Shown: positions 41,359 to 51,574 of the stretch, one piece after another
How the letters are laid out: each line of letters begins with the position of its first letter
Position numbering within the stretch: the first letter of the stretch is position 1
DNA from: an uncultured Pseudomonadota bacterium
Lineage (GTDB): Bacteria; SAR324; NAC60-12
NCBI GenBank assembly: GCA_964344035.1
Contig: CAYFLK010000006.1
Coordinates: forward strand, 26,162-90,161
Reading direction: 5' to 3'
Length of the DNA stretch: 64,000 bases
Made by a program: the position numbers and the translations under genes
Notes under the pieces: model-generated
Told to the model about the DNA's origin: nothing
What the model saw: the letters and a program-made list of their open reading frames with translations, nothing else
Database searches by the model: none

Positions 41359-42246
41359 CTATCCACCTGGAAAGGTGGAATAATCCGGGACCACCGACAA
41401 ATCTTCAAAACCGTGGTTTAGAAAGTGCTCATGGATCCGGATCATTTGAGCAACCGGCATTTCAACGTATTCAAGTCCGCGTTCCCGGACCCCGTGTCTG
41501 CGGAAACCGATCAGTTTCAGCCGCGGGAGCGGATCCAGAGTACTCAACCACCGCGCGGTTCGGTTGAGCAGTTCCTCATCATCGTTGACCCCGGGAATCA
41601 GCAATAGTCGCACCTCGTGAAGTTTCCCCTGCTCATGCCAGAACCGGATCGCCCGCTGAACCATCTCGTTGTCGTCTCCGGTGAGCTGCCGGTGGATATC
41701 CCCATCCAGCGATTTAAGGTCTATCATCACCCCGTCGGTTAGCGGCTGAAGGGATTGCCAAACGGACAGCTCCGCGATGCCGTTGGTATCGATGAAGGTG
41801 GTCAAGCGCGAAAGGCGCGGTTCGTTGCGGAGGGCCTCGAACAACGCCCTGACAAATTGCGGCTGCCGCGCAGCTTCCCCGCCGGAAACGGTGATTCCGG
41901 ATAAAAACGGCGCCACCCGAATAATCCTCTTCAGCAGGGCTTCTACTTCCAGCCACTGGGCGTGTGGAGTACTGTCAATGGGGCAGACTTCAAGGCAGGT
42001 ATCGCAATACCGGCAGAGGGAGGGTTCCCAGTCGATCCCGCCGTTTTCGGGCGCCCAGCGCAGCGCCTTTGCCGGGCATTCATCAACGCAGATTCCGCAA
42101 AGGTTGCAGGTCCCGATAGTGTGCGGGTTGTGACAGGTTATGCAGTTCAGATTGCATCCCTGCATGAAAACCACGAAACGGTTGCCCGGTCCGTCAACCG
42201 CGCTAAACGGCAGGGTGCGGTTCACCAACCCGCGGATTGCGTTCAT
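41359..42246 (-). CDS. glycyl-radical enzyme activating protein, YjjW-like (radical SAM with ferredoxin insert)
   Basis: 'GPGNRFVVFMQGCNLNCITCHNP' radical SAM cluster plus 'CNLCGICVDECP...CRYCDTCLEVCP'; 295 aa. Confidence 0.85.
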   Translation of the reverse strand: MNAIRGLVNRTLPFSAVDGPGNRFVVFMQGCNLNCITCHNPHTIGTCNLCGICVDECPAKALRWAPENGGIDWEPSLCRYCDTCLEVCPIDSTPHAQWLEVEALLKRIIRVAPFLSGITVSGGEAARQPQFVRALFEALRNEPRLSRLTTFIDTNGIAELSVWQSLQPLTDGVMIDLKSLDGDIHRQLTGDDNEMVQRAIRFWHEQGKLHEVRLLLIPGVNDDEELLNRTARWLSTLDPLPRLKLIGFRRHGVRERGLEYVEMPVAQMIRIHEHFLNHGFEDLSVVPDYSTFPGG

Positions 42247-43768
42247 GATTGAGCACCCGTTTGACCCTGCGTTTTTCGACTCCCTGGTTTTTCACCGATC
42301 CCGCGCCAAGCACGGTGCTTTGGTAACGAGAACCCCGTTTTTCAAATTCCACCACGTCTGATTTTCGCACGAGATAGCCGGTGACGCGGATGAAATCATT
42401 GCTCGTCAGGTTGAAAGTAAAATCACGCATACCGAGGGTGAATGCTCCACGGAGGATGTCAAGTACGGCCTCCGGGTTGCGCTTCACCGTGTCGTCGAAG
42501 TGGAAAATATCACTGATTCCCGCATCAAAAAGGCGGTGATGCGGGGCCACCGCCAGCAGATGTTCATGCAGTTCCGGTTCAGTGCCGATCGGAACACGGG
42601 TTCCGGCGGTGACGTTTATGTCGAGGTCGATCCCGGACTGCGAATGCAGAAACGCGTGGTTCCCGTTTCCCGCGCAGTAGGGCAGTTCTGCGGATTGAAG
42701 CAGTTCCTTGACGCGTTCCGTGATGCGGTATGAAAGCCGGTTTGCTTCCTCGTCATGGCCGTATCTGCCGGGCCTGCCCCGCGAGGCCATCAGTTCCTCG
42801 ACCGCTTCCGCCAGTCCGTAAATGCCGAACATCGCGGAAAACCGGGAGAGGTGCAGCAGACCCTCCTGGACGAGAAAACTGTGTTCGAAAAAACGTGAAC
42901 CTTCCACCAGGCAAAGGATCCTCGCTTCCATTAGCTCCAGCGTCAGGCGGACGTACAGCGGCAGAGTTTCCGTCAGGAAGGCATCGAAATCACCGCTGTG
43001 TGAAAGCGCCGTTTCCTTCAGGTTCAGCCGGGAAAGCGTGTAGGAGCCGCCTCCGATTTTCAGCGAGTTATAACAGCTGACAACGCCATATTCCCGGCCC
43101 AGGTCCGCGACCATCATCGGGTGATTGACAAAATGCGGTTTACCCACCGCAAACACGGTATGGATGCCGTCCAGGATTAACTCATTGGGAGTGATTTCCG
43201 GATCGACTTTGAGGGTGATGTTTGGCGCCACCTGCCCGAGTTCTCGTTCAATCCGGAAAACAGCCCTTGCCGTGCTGCTGTCATGGGGACCGAGGTTCAC
43301 GTGTACAAACGCATCCGGCAGCAGCCGGTCAATCATGATCCAGAAACGCCTGAGCGTAGTATAAAGCTGCTCATCGGACACCTGATCTAGATAGGGCGCC
43401 AGCAGCACGTCCAGGTCACCAAGGTACACGGGGAAACCCGTGATCGAAGGAGTCTGTGTGTAAAGGATGAGGAGAAAATCGAGGGCTTCCTGCAAATCTT
43501 TCGGAGGTCCCAGCTCGAGAAACGGAGAGCCCTGACGAAGAGCCTTCGCGTAGTCCGGAAGCAGATATCGTGGACGATGCGGGGCGGGACCTTCATGCAT
43601 GTCGCAGATGATCCCCCGTGCCATGGCGTCTTTCAGTTCCGGGGACAGCTTGGGATAGTCAAGAAGACCCTCAGCCTGACATGCGAGCTGATGCATTCGC
43701 TGCTTGTAGCTCAAACTCGAATTGTTGACAATGCCGCGGGTTTGTTCCTTTATGGTCTGCAGTTGCAT
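42203..43768 (-). CDS. YjjI-family (DUF3029) putative glycyl radical enzyme
   Basis: 521 aa (E. coli YjjI is about 516 aa); C-terminal 'FIRVTGYLVRK' resembles the RVSGY glycyl-radical motif; directly upstream of the YjjW-type activase. Confidence 0.75.
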   Translation of the reverse strand: MQLQTIKEQTRGIVNNSSLSYKQRMHQLACQAEGLLDYPKLSPELKDAMARGIICDMHEGPAPHRPRYLLPDYAKALRQGSPFLELGPPKDLQEALDFLLILYTQTPSITGFPVYLGDLDVLLAPYLDQVSDEQLYTTLRRFWIMIDRLLPDAFVHVNLGPHDSSTARAVFRIERELGQVAPNITLKVDPEITPNELILDGIHTVFAVGKPHFVNHPMMVADLGREYGVVSCYNSLKIGGGSYTLSRLNLKETALSHSGDFDAFLTETLPLYVRLTLELMEARILCLVEGSRFFEHSFLVQEGLLHLSRFSAMFGIYGLAEAVEELMASRGRPGRYGHDEEANRLSYRITERVKELLQSAELPYCAGNGNHAFLHSQSGIDLDINVTAGTRVPIGTEPELHEHLLAVAPHHRLFDAGISDIFHFDDTVKRNPEAVLDILRGAFTLGMRDFTFNLTSNDFIRVTGYLVRKSDVVEFEKRGSRYQSTVLGAGSVKNQGVEKRRVKRVLNHERNPRVGEPHPAV

Positions 43769-44088
43769 GTTTTATCCCTGAAATATTCGGACCCTGTATA
43801 AAAGATTTACGTTTCAGTCATTCTGGTCCGCGATCACATCATTCTAAACCAACTTTCATCATGCGGCAATGCAGTATCGAGGTAAAGCTGATGCAAAACA
43901 GACGCTGTCCATTTTCAACCCTCGGATTTATTGTGAGCGACTTGCGATTTTTGCTGTTCCTCAACACTCTAACCGGAGAATGAACATCTTCATCTACTTG
44001 TGCCAGTCTATACTGATTTCATGTGTGTCGCACGCAGACACGTCAAAAAAGACAGACAGCACCAATCACTTTCAACATTAACATTATA

Positions 44089-45339
44089 ATGCATCAAAAC
44101 GTTGTAACCGCTCCGGAACAAGCCGCATCCGGCCTGATGAAAATCGAATGGGTAAAACGTAACATGCCGATCCTCCGTCAGCTGGAAAAAGAGTTCTGCG
44201 AAGAACAGCCGTTCGCGGGCAAACGGGCGCTGGTTTGTGTTCACCTCGAGGCCAAAACCGCCTTCCTGGCGCTGACGCTCAGGTCTGGAGGTGCGACGGT
44301 CGCTGTCACCGGCAGCAACCCTGAATCGACCAAGGATGATGTGGTCGCAGCCCTTGCGCAAGAAGGGCTGCACGTCTACGCCCGCCGCGGCGCATCCGCG
44401 GAGGAAATGCGCCGGTACATGGGGCTGGCCCTGGACATCGAACCGAACGTGGTGATAGACGACGGCGGAGACATCGCCGAACTGCTGCATGAAACGCGCC
44501 CCGAACTGCTACCGGAAGTTTATGGAGTGTGCGAGGAAACCACCTCCGGAGTGCTGCGCGCCAGGGCCCGGGCGGATGCGGGACTGCTCGCGTTCCCGGT
44601 AATGCTGGTCAACGAGGCGCGTTGCAAGTACCTCTTCGACAACGTGCACGGCACCGGACAATCGGTCTGGGACGGGGTGATGCGCGCGACAAACCTCGTG
44701 CTGGCCGGAAAAACTGTTGCGATTGTCGGTTATGGCTGGTGCGGAAAAGGATGCGCGATGCGTGTGCAGGGACTGGGCGCGCGGGTGATAGTGTGCGAGG
44801 TAGATCCGGTCAAGGCCGCGGATGCGCTGATGAACGGATGCCGGGTGATGCCTCTTCACGATGCATGCGCGCAGGCGGACGTCATCCTAACCGTCACCGG
44901 AATCCGACACACTATTCGCCGGGAACATTTCCGCTTGATGAAAGACCACGTCCTGTTGGCAAACGCAGGACATTTCTGGGACGAAATCGACATCGAATCC
45001 CTGCAAACGCTGGCAGTCGAATCATATGAAATGAGGACCAACGTTCATGGGTTCCGGATGCCCGACGGACGCTGGCTGCATCTGCTCGGAGGCGGAAACA
45101 TCGTCAACATTTCCTGCGCGGACGGACACCCCGCGGAGATCATGGACACCAGTTTCGCACTCCAGGCCTTGTGTGCCAGGCACATCGTACAAAACGCCGG
45201 AAAACTGGAAAACACGGTATACCCTGTCCCGGCGGAAATCGATGAACGCGTCGCCCACCTAAAGCTAGAAGCCGCGGGCGTTTCCATCGACTCCCTGACT
45301 GAGGACCAGCTGCAGTACCGCTCTGGCTGGCAGACATGA
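44089..45339 (+). CDS. ahcY: adenosylhomocysteinase
   Basis: NAD-binding 'VAIVGYGWCGKGCA' and overall SAHH pattern; about 416 aa from MHQNV. Confidence 0.9.
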   Translation: MHQNVVTAPEQAASGLMKIEWVKRNMPILRQLEKEFCEEQPFAGKRALVCVHLEAKTAFLALTLRSGGATVAVTGSNPESTKDDVVAALAQEGLHVYARRGASAEEMRRYMGLALDIEPNVVIDDGGDIAELLHETRPELLPEVYGVCEETTSGVLRARARADAGLLAFPVMLVNEARCKYLFDNVHGTGQSVWDGVMRATNLVLAGKTVAIVGYGWCGKGCAMRVQGLGARVIVCEVDPVKAADALMNGCRVMPLHDACAQADVILTVTGIRHTIRREHFRLMKDHVLLANAGHFWDEIDIESLQTLAVESYEMRTNVHGFRMPDGRWLHLLGGGNIVNISCADGHPAEIMDTSFALQALCARHIVQNAGKLENTVYPVPAEIDERVAHLKLEAAGVSIDSLTEDQLQYRSGWQT

Positions 45340-45431
45340 ATATCCCCAATTGTCGGGTTACACTACGCTAACCCGACCTACGATTCAACATTTGCGGTCA
45401 ACGCGTAGCGCGAGAACGATTATAACTCCCA

Positions 45432-46745
45432 ATGAACCTGCTGATTAAGAATGCGACCATCATCACCGTCAACGCGCGGGACGAAATTTTGGTCGGATCT
45501 GATCTTGCCGTATGCGGAAAGCGGATTGTCGGGGTGGGTAAGGCGCCGGATGATTTTCAGGCGGACCGTGTTATTGACGGGCGCGGACGCTTGGTCATGC
45601 CGGGGCTGATAAACGCGCATACGCATTTGGCGATGACGCTGATGCGAAACTACGCGGACGACCTGCCTTTCTGGTCATGGCTGATGGAAAAGGTGAAACC
45701 CCTGGAAGACCACCTCAGCGCAGAGGACGTCCACCACGGGGCAAAACTGGGGATTGCGGAAATGGTCCGCGGCGGGACTACCTGTTTTCATGACATGTAC
45801 TTCTTCATGGACGAGGTCGCGTGCGCGGTTTCCGAATCCGGCATCCGTGCCTGCCTGAGCGGGGCGCTGTTCGATGTGTCCGGGACTGGCGAGAGGCTTC
45901 TTGGCGATGCGTGTCAACTGCACAGGGAATGGCACGGAAGTGCTGATGGAAGAATCAGCGTGCGCCTTGGACCGCATTCCCCGTACCTCTGCAGTCCGGA
46001 ATACCTGCGCGAAATCAGAGAGGAGGCGCTGCGTCTGGAATGCGGACTTCACATGCATGTTTCCGAAAGCCGCAAGGAAGTCGTGGACAGCATCGAACAG
46101 CACGGGAAGAGCCCCGTCCGGCATCTTGCCGAACTGGAGATGTTCGACTGCCCGACCCTCGCCGCGCATGCGCTGCATGTGGACACGGAAGACCTTGCCC
46201 TGCTTTCCCGAAACAGTGTGCATGTTTCGCATAATCCCACGAGCAACCTCAAACTTGCCAACGGGTTTGCCCCGGTGACGAAAATGATGGAAGCCGGGAT
46301 CAACGTCGCCCTCGGCACTGACAGCGCAGCGAGCAACAACAACCTCAACCTGTTCGAGGAAATGCACCTCGCGGCGCTGCTCGCTAAGGCTGTCGATGAA
46401 GACGCGAGCGCCCTGCCCGCTGAGCAGGCGTTACGGATGGCGACCATCAACGGCGCACGCGCGCTTGGACTGTACGAGGAAATCGGGTCGCTTGAAGTCG
46501 GCAAGAAGGCCGACCTGATCATGCTTGACACGCGAAAACCCCACCTTGTTCCGCTACACAATCCGCTTGCTTTGATTGTGTACTCGGCTCAGGCAGCTGA
46601 TGTGGAAACGGTAATCATCGATGGACGGACGGTCATGGAAAACCGGGAACTGCTCACGCTTGACGAAACCGGCCTGCTTGGTGAAACATCAAGGCAAGCC
46701 GTGGATTTCGTGCGGCGGTCACGAAAACGAGACGGTCTTCGCTGA
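45432..46745 (+). CDS. mtaD: 5'-methylthioadenosine / S-adenosylhomocysteine deaminase (amidohydrolase)
   Basis: 'PGLINAHTHLAMT' metal-binding HxH; 437 aa; canonical MtaD N-terminus. Confidence 0.88.
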   Translation: MNLLIKNATIITVNARDEILVGSDLAVCGKRIVGVGKAPDDFQADRVIDGRGRLVMPGLINAHTHLAMTLMRNYADDLPFWSWLMEKVKPLEDHLSAEDVHHGAKLGIAEMVRGGTTCFHDMYFFMDEVACAVSESGIRACLSGALFDVSGTGERLLGDACQLHREWHGSADGRISVRLGPHSPYLCSPEYLREIREEALRLECGLHMHVSESRKEVVDSIEQHGKSPVRHLAELEMFDCPTLAAHALHVDTEDLALLSRNSVHVSHNPTSNLKLANGFAPVTKMMEAGINVALGTDSAASNNNLNLFEEMHLAALLAKAVDEDASALPAEQALRMATINGARALGLYEEIGSLEVGKKADLIMLDTRKPHLVPLHNPLALIVYSAQAADVETVIIDGRTVMENRELLTLDETGLLGETSRQAVDFVRRSRKRDGLR

Positions 46746-46889
46746 ACTCAACCCGCTTGACTGTTCCAGGCCGTATCCCTTAGCATCACTGTTCCCTGGA
46801 CCAGTTTTCATAACCATGCATGGTGCTTCCAGACCACGGGTATTTGGAGCTGGACCTGGATTGAATCAACTCTTATACGGAGAAATATC

Positions 46890-47918
46890 ATGTATTTCAT
46901 TAAAATATCGCGCTTTGTTGTCACGGCTTTGCTGGCTCTTCCCCTGCTTCTGTGCACTGCCTCGGCAGTACCGCTGAAGGTTGGCCTGGTGGCGGATTAC
47001 GCGGGATTGAATGACCGCAGTTTCAACCAGATAACTTACGAAGGCCTGGTGCAGGCGGAAAAGGAACTGAGCATCAAGGGCACCGCGGTGGTGGCAAAAA
47101 ACAACACGGATTACCTGCCAAACATGGTGCGCTTCGCACGCGGCGGCTATGACCTGGTGATCGGGGTCGGATTTTTCATGACTGATGCGATCAAGGAAGC
47201 TGCGCAGCAGTATCCGGAAACCAAGTTTCTCCTCATCGATATGCCTATTGACGGGATCCCGAACCTGAGCACCGCCATCTTTGCCTCGCAGGAAATTGCG
47301 TTTCTGGCCGGGGCTTTGTCCGCGCTGGTTGACCAGGACAAGAGCATCGACCTGCCTATACGTCACAACGGGGTCCTCAGCATCGTCGCCGGCGCGCAGA
47401 TTCCACCGGTGGATATCTATATGGCCGGGTATTTTCAGGGCGCGAAGCACATCAACCCTGAGATCAAGGTTCTGTACGGGTACACCGGCACTTTTGGCGA
47501 CCCTGCGGCAGGCAAGCAGTTTGCGCTTTCACAGCACAGCAAGGGTTCCGACATCGTCTATCAGCTCGCGGGAGGAACTGGTCTGGGCGTTATCCAGGCC
47601 TCGAAAGAAAGTAATTTTCTCTCTATCGGCGCGGATTCCGACCAGGCATACCTTGCACCGCAAAACGTGCTGACAAGCACCAGCAAACTCTGCAATGTCG
47701 CGGTGTATTCCACCATTGAACGCATGCTGAAAAACGATTTTCCTTCCGGGGTCGTGCTTTACGACCTGAAAAGCGGAGGGGTCGATATCAGCCCGGTCCA
47801 CAAAGCGGTGCCGGGCTACATTGTTGACCGCGTAGAGCAGATCAAGTCCGAGATCATTTCCGGGAAGATTCAGGTCGGCATTGAAATCCCTGCCTGGGCG
47901 AAGCAGCAGAACCAGTGA
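46890..47918 (+). CDS. BMP-family ABC transporter substrate-binding protein (second copy)
   Basis: Signal peptide; BMP pattern; homologous to 21602-22660. Confidence 0.85.
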   Translation: MYFIKISRFVVTALLALPLLLCTASAVPLKVGLVADYAGLNDRSFNQITYEGLVQAEKELSIKGTAVVAKNNTDYLPNMVRFARGGYDLVIGVGFFMTDAIKEAAQQYPETKFLLIDMPIDGIPNLSTAIFASQEIAFLAGALSALVDQDKSIDLPIRHNGVLSIVAGAQIPPVDIYMAGYFQGAKHINPEIKVLYGYTGTFGDPAAGKQFALSQHSKGSDIVYQLAGGTGLGVIQASKESNFLSIGADSDQAYLAPQNVLTSTSKLCNVAVYSTIERMLKNDFPSGVVLYDLKSGGVDISPVHKAVPGYIVDRVEQIKSEIISGKIQVGIEIPAWAKQQNQ

Positions 47919-49426
47919 ACCTCCCCCGACCGGTCCTGGAAACTTCAGGACTGGTGAAGTCATTCCAGGGGGTACGTGCTCTGGATGGTGTGGATTTCGA
48001 TCTCCTTCCTCGCGAAGTGCATGCCGTTCTTGGAGAAAACGGCGCGGGGAAATCCACGCTGATGAACCTGCTTTACGGGTTGCTGCGCCCCGATACAGGT
48101 AAAATGACACTGTGGGGCAGGCCCTACCACCCATCATCACCCCGGGAAGCCAGCGTTCTCGGGGTGGGGATGGTGCACCAGCATTTCATGCTGATCCCGG
48201 ACCTTAGCGTCGCTGAGAATATCTCCCTCGGAGTTGAATCCGGGAACGCCCTCATACTTGACCTGAAAACCACCGCTCGGCACATCCGCGAACTTTCCGA
48301 AAAATACGGGCTTCCGGTCGATCCATGGGCCAGGGTGGCGGACCTTGGGGTCGGAATGAGGCAGCGGGTGGAAATCATCAAGGCGTTTTACCGGCACGCA
48401 AAACTGCTGATCCTCGATGAACCGACGGCCCTGCTCACTCCACAGGAAAGCCGCGAACTGTTCAAGGGTTTGCAGTCCTTCGTGGAACAGGGAATGCCGG
48501 TGGTGTTGATCAGCCACAAACTGGAGGAAGTACGCGAAATCGCAGAACGCATCACCGTCTTGCGACAGGGTTGTAAAATCGGCACGGTAAGTGCGGAAGA
48601 TACCACCCCGAGGGAACTGGTGCGCATGATGGTCGGGCGGGAAATCTCGACCCGGCTGAAACGCGAAACAGAAGCGGGCAACGGTGAAATCCTGAAAGTT
48701 GAAGGACTTTCGCTGACAGGATTGCAGCCCCTGAGTTTCTCTCTAAAGCGGGGGGAAATCCTGGCCATTGCCGGAGTGGAGGGTAACGGACAGGAACCGC
48801 TTGTCAACGGACTCACCGGAAGCATGCCCGCCCGGGGAAAGGTGTCCCTGGACGGGAAGCCGATAGAAGGGGCATCCGTCCGCCGACGTCGAGAATCAGG
48901 TTTGAACTGGGTGCCGAGCGACCGTCAGCAAGAAGGACTGGTGCTTTCCATGTCCGTTGCTGAAAACCTTGCATTGAGGGAATATTACCAACCGCCGTTT
49001 TCCTACCGGGGATGGCTGAATTTGAAATCGATTGCAAGGATGGCCTTGAACGCGGTGCGCAGTTTCGACGTCCGTCCTCCGCTAGTGGGGGTACCTGTGC
49101 ACTCTCTGTCCGGAGGCAACCAGCAGAAAGTTGTGGCCGCCCGCGAACTGCTGGCTAATCCGAAAGTGCTGCTGGCAAGTCAGCCCACAAGGGGTCTGGA
49201 TATCGGCGCTGAGGAATTTGTACACCGGCAGCTGCTGCGGCTGCGTCATCAGGGATGCGGCATTCTGCTCGTTTCTTCTGATCTGGATGAGATCCTGGAA
49301 CTGTCAGACCGCATCGCGATTCTCCACCGAGGGAAATTAATGGGAGTTGTAGAGCGAAAAAATGCCGTGCGGGAAGAAATCGGGATGCTGATGATGGGCA
49401 GAAAACCTGAAAACCGGGGTTCATGA
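47915..49426 (+). CDS. ABC transporter ATP-binding protein with two ABC domains
   Basis: Walker A 'GENGAGKST' and a second 'GVEGNGQE'; 'LSGGNQQK' signature; 503 aa. Confidence 0.9.
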   Translation: MNLPRPVLETSGLVKSFQGVRALDGVDFDLLPREVHAVLGENGAGKSTLMNLLYGLLRPDTGKMTLWGRPYHPSSPREASVLGVGMVHQHFMLIPDLSVAENISLGVESGNALILDLKTTARHIRELSEKYGLPVDPWARVADLGVGMRQRVEIIKAFYRHAKLLILDEPTALLTPQESRELFKGLQSFVEQGMPVVLISHKLEEVREIAERITVLRQGCKIGTVSAEDTTPRELVRMMVGREISTRLKRETEAGNGEILKVEGLSLTGLQPLSFSLKRGEILAIAGVEGNGQEPLVNGLTGSMPARGKVSLDGKPIEGASVRRRRESGLNWVPSDRQQEGLVLSMSVAENLALREYYQPPFSYRGWLNLKSIARMALNAVRSFDVRPPLVGVPVHSLSGGNQQKVVAARELLANPKVLLASQPTRGLDIGAEEFVHRQLLRLRHQGCGILLVSSDLDEILELSDRIAILHRGKLMGVVERKNAVREEIGMLMMGRKPENRGS

Positions 49427-50451
49427 AACTAGCACGGGAACTGGCATGGGCCGCCGCGGCCATCCTGCTGGCGTTCCTAATCGGCGGCATCCTGACGGCA
49501 TTTTTCGGACATGACCCGGTTGAAGCATATCGTATGCTGCTGCTTGGGGCATTCGGAACCGGGTTTGACGTCGCCACAACTTTTGCCGCGGCGCTCCCGC
49601 TGGTGTTTACCGGACTGTCCGTTGCCGTGGCCTTTCAATGCGGTCTTTTCAATATCGGCGCCTCAGGGCAGTTCTGGCTGGGCGGAATCGCCGCGGCGTG
49701 GATCGGCTACTCGGTCCAGCTGCCGGCGTTTCTCCACTGCCTGCTCGCACTGTCCGGAGCCGCCGCCGCGGGCGCGCTGTGGGCGCTGGCGATCCCGGGA
49801 TTGACTAAAGCCTACCGTGGGGCGAACGAAGTGATCACCACTTTGATGATGACCTACATCGCCGTTGAACTGGGGCATTTTCTGCTGGAAAAAGGTCCGA
49901 TGCAGGGACCGGGATTTTCCCCGGAATCTCCGAAAATCCTTGCATCCGCGGTCCTGCCGAAGCTGGCGCCGGGGACCCAGCTTTCATGGGGAGTATGGTT
50001 CGCGCCACTGGCGGCGATTCTGGTCTGGTTGCTGCTATACCGGACTACGCTCGGATTCACGCTGCGGATGACGGGCGCCAATCTTTCAGCAGCCCGCTAC
50101 GCGGGAGCAAATCCCGCACTGGCGATTATCGCCGCTCTCGGGATCAGCGGGGCGGTCAGCGGGTTTGCCGGAGGCATGCAGATTCTCGGAGTGGACCACC
50201 GGCTATACGACAGTTTTGACCTCGGTTATGGTTTTACCGGGATCGTCGTCGCCCTTCTCGGCAGGAACCACCCATTCGGGGTGTTACCCGCCGCGCTGCT
50301 TTTCGGCGCCCTCGACAACGGCGCTAACTCCATGCAGATTTTCGCCGAAGTCCCCGCGAATCTGGCTGATGTGATCAAAGGAATCATCATCATCTTCATT
50401 GCTGCGGAAGGTCTGTCGCGTTATTTTCGGGTTCCCGGTTTTAGGGATTGA
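49423..50451 (+). CDS. ABC transporter permease (BMP/nucleoside-type)
   Basis: 342-aa polytopic membrane protein; ATGA overlap with the ATPase stop. Confidence 0.85.
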   Translation: MKLARELAWAAAAILLAFLIGGILTAFFGHDPVEAYRMLLLGAFGTGFDVATTFAAALPLVFTGLSVAVAFQCGLFNIGASGQFWLGGIAAAWIGYSVQLPAFLHCLLALSGAAAAGALWALAIPGLTKAYRGANEVITTLMMTYIAVELGHFLLEKGPMQGPGFSPESPKILASAVLPKLAPGTQLSWGVWFAPLAAILVWLLLYRTTLGFTLRMTGANLSAARYAGANPALAIIAALGISGAVSGFAGGMQILGVDHRLYDSFDLGYGFTGIVVALLGRNHPFGVLPAALLFGALDNGANSMQIFAEVPANLADVIKGIIIIFIAAEGLSRYFRVPGFRD

Positions 50452-50695
50452 CCGGCGGCGGATGAAGGGGCGAACACCTGTCTGCGTCGCGAAAGCCTGC
50501 CGCGTGCCACGCACAGGCAGGCGGCAGGCAGGCACAAGTCTGCTCCTCCGGGCTTTTCAATATTTCCTTAACGGCCTTTCCGGAATCATGATATATTCGT
50601 TTGATGCCCATGCCTTGAACACTTTGCGGCTTGAATAGTAAAAAAACCAAAAAACATCTGCGAAAAGTACAAAAAAACCTGACAGGGATGAAGGA

Positions 50696-51565
50696 ATGAC
50701 CAGGAACAACACGGACAAGATGGGGACCATCATCGGGCTTATTTCGGGGGCCGTCTTCATCCTTTTCGGTATCCTTTGGCCGATTGAATACTCCAACCTG
50801 GCGCTGATCCTTGGAGACGGGTATGAATCGGACAACCCACAACTGCAGATGATGTTGAAAGTCGCCCGCTTCTTTGACGTCAAATCCGTGTTTATCGTCA
50901 TCGGGGGGACGTTTTCGGCAACCTTCATCGCCTTTCCCTACAAAAAAACCCTGCGCAGTTTCCGCAGCATGGGCAAGGTCCTCTCCGCGGATCATTCCGA
51001 AATCGAGGCGGAAGACGTCTATGAACAGGCGCGAACGATAGGTGAAAAGCGTTTTCATGGCCGGCGTTTGACCAATGAGGACCTGAACAGCCTCACCAAC
51101 CCCTTCATGCGCCGCTGGATTGAAGGGCTGATCGTGCGGGAACAGGTCCCGGAAGAAATGCTCAATGAAATCATCCGCTCGGAAATCGAGATGTATGAAC
51201 ACCGCGCGGATGAAGAGATTGAAATAATAGAGTTCATGAGCACAGCCGCCCCGGCGTTCGGGATGATGGGGACAATCGTCGGGCTGGTGCTGATGCTGGC
51301 GGAAACAGGCAGCATCCGCGCCGTGATGCAGTCAATGTCGATTGCGATGCTCACCACGCTGTATGGAGTGATAATCGCTAATTTGATCCTGCAGCCGCTG
51401 GCCTCAAAGAGAAAACAACTGAAGGAATCGAACAGGGTGCTGATGGAAATGATCCGCGAAAGCGTCCAGTGCATTGCGCGACGCGACGCGCCTTACGCGA
51501 TGCTGCAGGAACTGTCACTGTTCCTGCCCGCAAAGCGGCTCGATTTCGACCAACAATACCAATAA
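50696..51565 (+). CDS. MotA/PomA-like proton-channel stator protein
   Basis: Four transmembrane segments with a cytoplasmic acidic loop; 'AAPAFGMMGTIVGLV' matches the MotA TM3 'LPAFGIVAAVMG'. Confidence 0.8.
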   Translation: MTRNNTDKMGTIIGLISGAVFILFGILWPIEYSNLALILGDGYESDNPQLQMMLKVARFFDVKSVFIVIGGTFSATFIAFPYKKTLRSFRSMGKVLSADHSEIEAEDVYEQARTIGEKRFHGRRLTNEDLNSLTNPFMRRWIEGLIVREQVPEEMLNEIIRSEIEMYEHRADEEIEIIEFMSTAAPAFGMMGTIVGLVLMLAETGSIRAVMQSMSIAMLTTLYGVIIANLILQPLASKRKQLKESNRVLMEMIRESVQCIARRDAPYAMLQELSLFLPAKRLDFDQQYQ

Positions 51566-51574
51566 TTCCGGCTG

